From an uncultured Solirubrobacterales bacterium (GTDB taxonomy: Bacteria > Actinomycetota > Thermoleophilia > Solirubrobacterales > Solirubrobacteraceae): a stretch of 64,000 bases of DNA. Both the position numbers and the translations under genes were made by a program. Shown here one piece after another: positions 59,585 to 64,000 of the stretch. The notes under the pieces were generated by a model. That model saw nothing but the letters and a program-made list of their open reading frames with translations, was not told the origin of the DNA and searched no databases. Numbering within the stretch: the stretch's first letter is position 1; each line of letters starts with the position of its first letter. The DNA is taken from the NCBI GenBank assembly GCA_963704385.1, contig OY969904.1:4908825-4972824 (forward strand), written 5' to 3'.

Positions 59585-62026
59585 TTACGCACTCGCGAAC
59601 TCGGGCCAGACCGTCAGGGCGAGCAGCTCCGGCGTCACCTCTTCCGGTGGCAGCGGGGGGCTGAACAGGGACCCCTGCCCATGGGGGCAGCTGAGCTCGC
59701 GCAGAAGGGCGAGCTGCTCGCTCTGCTCGATCCCCTCGGCAACCATGTCAAGCCCGAGGTTGCGGCCAAGATTGGTGATCGCGCGGGCCATCGCAGCTTC
59801 GCTATCGCCGGTGGCGAGGCCGTCGATGAAAGGCTTGGCGATCTTGAGGATGCCAATCGGGAACTGCTGGAGGTAGTGCAACGACGAGTAAGCGGTGCCG
59901 AAGTCGTCGACCGCGATCTGCACCCCCAGCTGGCTGAGCGTGTGCAGACGAAGCGCGCTCGCATCGATGTCGACCATCAGCGCGGTCTCGGTCAGCTCGA
60001 GGACGAGGCTCTCAGGCCGCAGGGCGGACGTGGCCAATGCATCACGGACGTCGTTGATGACGCGCTCGTCGGCGATCTGGTGAGCGGACAGGTTGACGCT
60101 CATATAAAACGTCCGTCCCTGCGGGGCCTCGGCGTGCCAGGCCACCATCTGCCGGCAGGCTTCGCGTAGCACCCAGGCCCCCAGCGGCTTGATCAGCCCG
60201 GTCTCCTCGGCCAACGGGATGAACGCCACCGGGGGCAGGAGCCCCCGCTCCGGGTGCTGCCACCGGACAAGTGCCTCGAACCCGACGATCTGCGCTTCTT
60301 CGAGCTCGACGATCGGCTGATAGTGAAGAACGAGCTCACGCTGCTCGAGCGCCCGCTGAAGATCGGCCTCGAGCTCGAGCCTCCACATCGCGTCAACACG
60401 CATCTCGGGCTCGAAGACCGCATAGCCGCCTTTGCCACTCGCCTTGGCGCGGTACATAGCCACGTCCGCGTCCCGCAGCAGCTCCTCGGGCGTCCCGTCG
60501 TGGGCGGCGATCCCGATGCTGGCGGTGACGAAGGCTTCCCGCTCGGCGATCACGAACGGCGAGGCAAGCGCGTCGATGATCCGCTCCGCAACGCTCATCC
60601 CGGTGCTCAAGCGCGTGGGCGTCTTGCAGAGGATCGCGAACTCGTCGCCGCCAATCCGGGCGGCGGTGTCGGCGGGGCGCAGAACCCCGCTGATTCGCTG
60701 CGCGGCCTTGACCAGCAGCGCGTCGCCCGCGTCATGCCCGAGGCTGTCGTTGACCACCTTGAAGCCGTCGAGGTCGACGAACAGCATCGCAACCTGCGGA
60801 TCCCCGCGCTCGGCGAGCGCCATCCGCAACCGGTCCAGCAGCAGCGTCCGGTTGGGAAGCCCTGTGAGCGGATCGTGTAGAGCCTGGTGGCTGAGCTTGG
60901 CCTCGCTGTCGCGCAGCGCCGCTACGGTCGCCTCGAGCTCATCGAGCAGCGACTGCTTGGCTGCGATGTCGACGGCGTGGCCGTAGGCGGCGGAGATCGC
61001 ACCCGCGACCAGCTCTACGGTCCGTACGTCGTTGGCGTTGAAAGCCCGCGGCTCCGGTGAGTTGACGTTCAGCACCCCGACAACCTCGCCGCGATGCCGC
61101 AGCGGGGCGATGATCATCGAGCGCAGCCCCTGCTGACGGCAGGCGTTCTTGTCAACCCGCGCGTCGATCTCGGAGTCGGCGCAGTAGACCGCCTCGCCCG
61201 AGTCAGCGCAAATCCCGGAGAGGCTGGCACGCCGGGGCGTGTGGATCGCGACGCCGCTCTCGCGGCCGGGGCCGGTCCGGTACTTGTAGACGATCTCGTC
61301 CCCTTCGATGATTCCGACGCTGGCGGCGGTGGCTCCGAGCAAGGTGCGCGCGCGGTCGAGGATCCCGAGCACGACCTCCTCGACGTCGAACTCGGCCTGC
61401 TCGACCTCGCGGTGCAGCGCGACGATCGTTTTCAGACGCTCGGCGTGGACCGCCACCGTCCGCCTGAGCTTGCTGCGCTCGGCGATGATCGCCACCCCGC
61501 TGGCCATGAAGGTGGCGGTCAGCATGATCGTCCAGCCAAGAGCCGCTCCCACGAACGCGCCAGCGTCGTAGAACAGTGGCAGCAGATTGACGGCCACAGC
61601 GATGGCAAGCATCCGCACCGCCAGGAGTGGCGGCAAAAAGCAGGCGCAGTAGACGATCGGTAGCAGCAGGCATGCGCGCAAAGGCGACGCTCCACCGCCG
61701 CTGGCCCAGACCATCACTGAGACTGTCGTCATCGACAGCGCCGCGCCGAGCGGGTGGAGGATCATCAGCTTGGGGTTGCTTGGCAATAACGCGCTCACCG
61801 CCGCCCAAGCGACGGCGAGCCCGCTGCAAGCGAGCACAACGGTCGGGTGGGGTGCGCTCACGCCGGGCAGCTCGACGTAGAGCACGCCGATGCCGGCCAT
61901 CGCGACCCACATGCCGATGGCCACGCGAACAGCCGGGAACTCCCGTGCCCAACGGGCCGGCTCGCTCCCGCGCGCAGCCGCAGACGCCATGGGGAACATA
62001 TCGGCAGGATGCGCCCACAACTTCAC
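59585..62026 (-). CDS. Membrane GAF-GGDEF-EAL cyclic-di-GMP protein
   Basis: N-terminal TMs, GAF, HDPLTGLPNR, GGDEF, EAL and DDFGT intact; start may be ATG 61990. Confidence 0.93.
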   Translation of the reverse strand: MKLWAHPADMFPMASAAARGSEPARWAREFPAVRVAIGMWVAMAGIGVLYVELPGVSAPHPTVVLACSGLAVAWAAVSALLPSNPKLMILHPLGAALSMTTVSVMVWASGGGASPLRACLLLPIVYCACFLPPLLAVRMLAIAVAVNLLPLFYDAGAFVGAALGWTIMLTATFMASGVAIIAERSKLRRTVAVHAERLKTIVALHREVEQAEFDVEEVVLGILDRARTLLGATAASVGIIEGDEIVYKYRTGPGRESGVAIHTPRRASLSGICADSGEAVYCADSEIDARVDKNACRQQGLRSMIIAPLRHRGEVVGVLNVNSPEPRAFNANDVRTVELVAGAISAAYGHAVDIAAKQSLLDELEATVAALRDSEAKLSHQALHDPLTGLPNRTLLLDRLRMALAERGDPQVAMLFVDLDGFKVVNDSLGHDAGDALLVKAAQRISGVLRPADTAARIGGDEFAILCKTPTRLSTGMSVAERIIDALASPFVIAEREAFVTASIGIAAHDGTPEELLRDADVAMYRAKASGKGGYAVFEPEMRVDAMWRLELEADLQRALEQRELVLHYQPIVELEEAQIVGFEALVRWQHPERGLLPPVAFIPLAEETGLIKPLGAWVLREACRQMVAWHAEAPQGRTFYMSVNLSAHQIADERVINDVRDALATSALRPESLVLELTETALMVDIDASALRLHTLSQLGVQIAVDDFGTAYSSLHYLQQFPIGILKIAKPFIDGLATGDSEAAMARAITNLGRNLGLDMVAEGIEQSEQLALLRELSCPHGQGSLFSPPLPPEEVTPELLALTVWPEFASA

Positions 62027-62143
62027 GCGCTAAAAGGTGCATGCGGCGGCTGTTTTCGCCTGCAAATCGTCGCCTTCCTGCCTTCCTGCGGACGCATCGC
62101 TTGCGGCGCACGAGTTGGGGCGATGAGCCGGCACGGCTCGGTT

Positions 62144-62554
62144 CTACGCCTTGATAGTCACGTAGTGGTGGGTGTGCGGGTTGAAGAGCAGCTCCCCGTG
62201 GATGGCGCAGGCAACGTCCACGTAGCCGCGGGCCTCGAGGTCACGGATCTGATGCTGGGACGAGCCGAAAGCGTCTGCGACAGAGAGGACTTGTGCCGAG
62301 GTCCCTGTGCTCACCTCGCGGGCGGTGGACTGCGCGGTGTGGGCGGAGGCTGTGACGATCCCTGCACATCCTGACGCCACGCCGACCGCGACTGCGGCGG
62401 CGACCGCCAACCGCCGGCCGCTGAACGCGGGGCCGCGCCGGGGCCGCTCGGGTGCGTCGCTCAGCTCGCGTGAGGGCTGTTCGTGGAGGAGCCCGGTAGC
62501 GATCTCATCCTGCGGGACCTGGGTCGGCTCGGTGTGCGGCTGCGGTGCGGACAT
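62144..62554 (-). CDS. Hypothetical membrane-anchored/secreted protein
   Basis: GGAG SD, hydrophobic RRLAVAAAVAVGV segment. Confidence 0.6.
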   Translation of the reverse strand: MSAPQPHTEPTQVPQDEIATGLLHEQPSRELSDAPERPRRGPAFSGRRLAVAAAVAVGVASGCAGIVTASAHTAQSTAREVSTGTSAQVLSVADAFGSSQHQIRDLEARGYVDVACAIHGELLFNPHTHHYVTIKA

Positions 62555-62706
62555 GCTGTTCTCCTTCGACTGGCCTTCGGGGCGGGGTTCCCGTTGACCG
62601 TGTCTGGTCGATTGGCTTGTTGGCCAACTCTCCCGCTGCTTGGGCTGGGCGCCCACGTCTGATCACCCAGTGCTTCTGCGTCCTTTGACGCACTTGCGAC
62701 GCAGTG

Positions 62707-63378
62707 ATGGACAATCTGGCGGTGTCGACGGCCGCATCAGGCGATGTGCTCTCGGCGGCGCTTCGGCGTGAAGGGCACCCCCGCACGTTCCGGCCCGGTC
62801 AGGCGTTGTTCATCGAGGGTGACCGGGCCGAGCGGGTGTTCCTGATCGAGCAGGGCTGGGTGACCGTCACCTGCACCGGCCCCGGCGGCCGGGAGATCAT
62901 GCTCGCACTGCGCGGGCCGGGAGAAATGCTCGGCGAACTGTCGGCGCTCGACGGGGAGCCCCGCTCGGCGACGGCGATGGCGGTCAACAAGGTCGAAGCG
63001 ACCGTGGTCAGCGGATCGACCCTTGCCCGGGCGCTCGACGATGTCGAGGCCGCGCGCGAGCTGCTCCGAGTGCTTGCCGCGCGGCTACGGGACTCCGACC
63101 GCAAGCGGCTCGAGTTCGCCGCACTCGACACCCTCGGGCGCGTCGCTTGGCGGCTGCTCGAGCTCAGCGATCGATTCGGTCAGGAAACCGAGGACGGCAT
63201 CTCGGTGGACCTGCCGCTGTCCCAGGAACAGCTTGCCGGCTGGTGCGGTGCCTCCCGCGAGTCGACCGTCAAGGCACTCACGTCGCTGCGCGCACTCGGC
63301 TGCGTCATCACCGGCCGGCGCCACGTCGTCATCGCCGACCCCGAGGCGCTTCGCCGGCACGCGCGCGGAATCGTCTAG
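62707..63378 (+). CDS. Crp/Fnr family regulator
   Basis: GPGEMLGELSALDGEPRSA, LSQEQLAGWCGASRES. Confidence 0.92.
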   Translation: MDNLAVSTAASGDVLSAALRREGHPRTFRPGQALFIEGDRAERVFLIEQGWVTVTCTGPGGREIMLALRGPGEMLGELSALDGEPRSATAMAVNKVEATVVSGSTLARALDDVEAARELLRVLAARLRDSDRKRLEFAALDTLGRVAWRLLELSDRFGQETEDGISVDLPLSQEQLAGWCGASRESTVKALTSLRALGCVITGRRHVVIADPEALRRHARGIV

Positions 63379-63544
63379 CCGGCGCAGCCGGGACAGGCCG
63401 CCAGGAGGTGCGCGCCCGGCGCCGTCGGTGATCACCTTGACCAAGCAACTCTTCGAGGCTGAACTGACCCGGCTAGCGAGCTGACAACCGGCAAGCGTGA
63501 CCGCGCAGATGCCGGCGGGGATGCTGCCCCAGGCAATCGACGGC

Positions 63545-64000
63545 TCATTGTCCGGCGACGAAGCGGGCGACGGCGGCCCTGGTGATTACCCCGTGGGTGA
63601 CGCTGACGCACGTGTCGGCGGCTCGCAGCACCGCCGGCTGTTGCAGGTTTAGGCCCGCGTTGGCGAGCATCTCGTGGGTCAGCTGGCCGCTGCTGGTCGG
63701 GTCGGGGAAGCTCGGGAACCCGTGACTGCGCAGGCAGGTAGCGAACGCCAGCAGCGCGGTGATCTGCGCTTGGCTGCGCGCCGGGCTCTGGTTGGGTGGG
63801 CCGCCGCCGGGCTGCAGGTGCTGGCAGGCCGCGTACGCCGATTGGAACGCGGGCGACTTCGTCTCGAACGCATTCTTGAACGCACGAGTGCCTGGGTCGG
63901 GGAAGTTGGGCACCCCGTGCGAACGCATGCAATCGGCGAACCTGACCATGTCCTGCTGCCCTTCCTGCACCTGGGTCTGCGTGGAGTGCCCGCCGGAGTT
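63545..64000 (-). CDS. Secreted/lipoprotein with tandem C(M/L)RSHG.P.FPDP repeats (5' partial)
   Basis: FADCMRSHGVPNFPDP and FATCLRSHGFPSFPDP; frame open to window end. Confidence 0.8.
   Translation of the reverse strand, partial: NSGGHSTQTQVQEGQQDMVRFADCMRSHGVPNFPDPGTRAFKNAFETKSPAFQSAYAACQHLQPGGGPPNQSPARSQAQITALLAFATCLRSHGFPSFPDPTSSGQLTHEMLANAGLNLQQPAVLRAADTCVSVTHGVITRAAVARFVAGQ

Noticed and set aside
63432-63548. Lipobox-like LAGC remnant after the last gene
   Set aside because: Out of frame with the overlapping ATG and too short to support.
1-64000. CRISPR array or cas genes
   Set aside because: No regularly spaced repeat-spacer series and no Cas motifs seen.

Overview
High-GC actinobacterial DNA; gene style suggests Thermoleophilia/Solirubrobacterales (inference). 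1-4.3 kb is core chromosome: aspS (partial), hisS, MBL hydrolase, membrane protein, formiminotransferase, an internally deleted M29 aminopeptidase and a tRNA with a CAT anticodon. An eroded tyrosine-integrase C-terminus abuts the tRNA, and the rest reads as a mosaic accessory region. It contains a VapBC-type TA pair; a 23-kb catabolic region (9.6-32.8 kb) with two similarly built PLP-enzyme/VOC/kinase/aldolase operons, one carrying lsrK-lsrF without the other lsr genes; an IS110 element with structured non-coding ends; a frameshifted HEPN-like gene; a SARP activator/DUF1059 pair; a metal-homeostasis cassette bracketed by 174-bp inverted repeats with no transposase; a two-kinase/one-regulator system whose second kinase is a pseudokinase; a pgi left between truncated tal and Cof genes; a GAF-GGDEF-EAL gene; and many gene fragments. 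No CRISPR array or rRNA seen. All family assignments are from motif recognition by eye; no database search was run.
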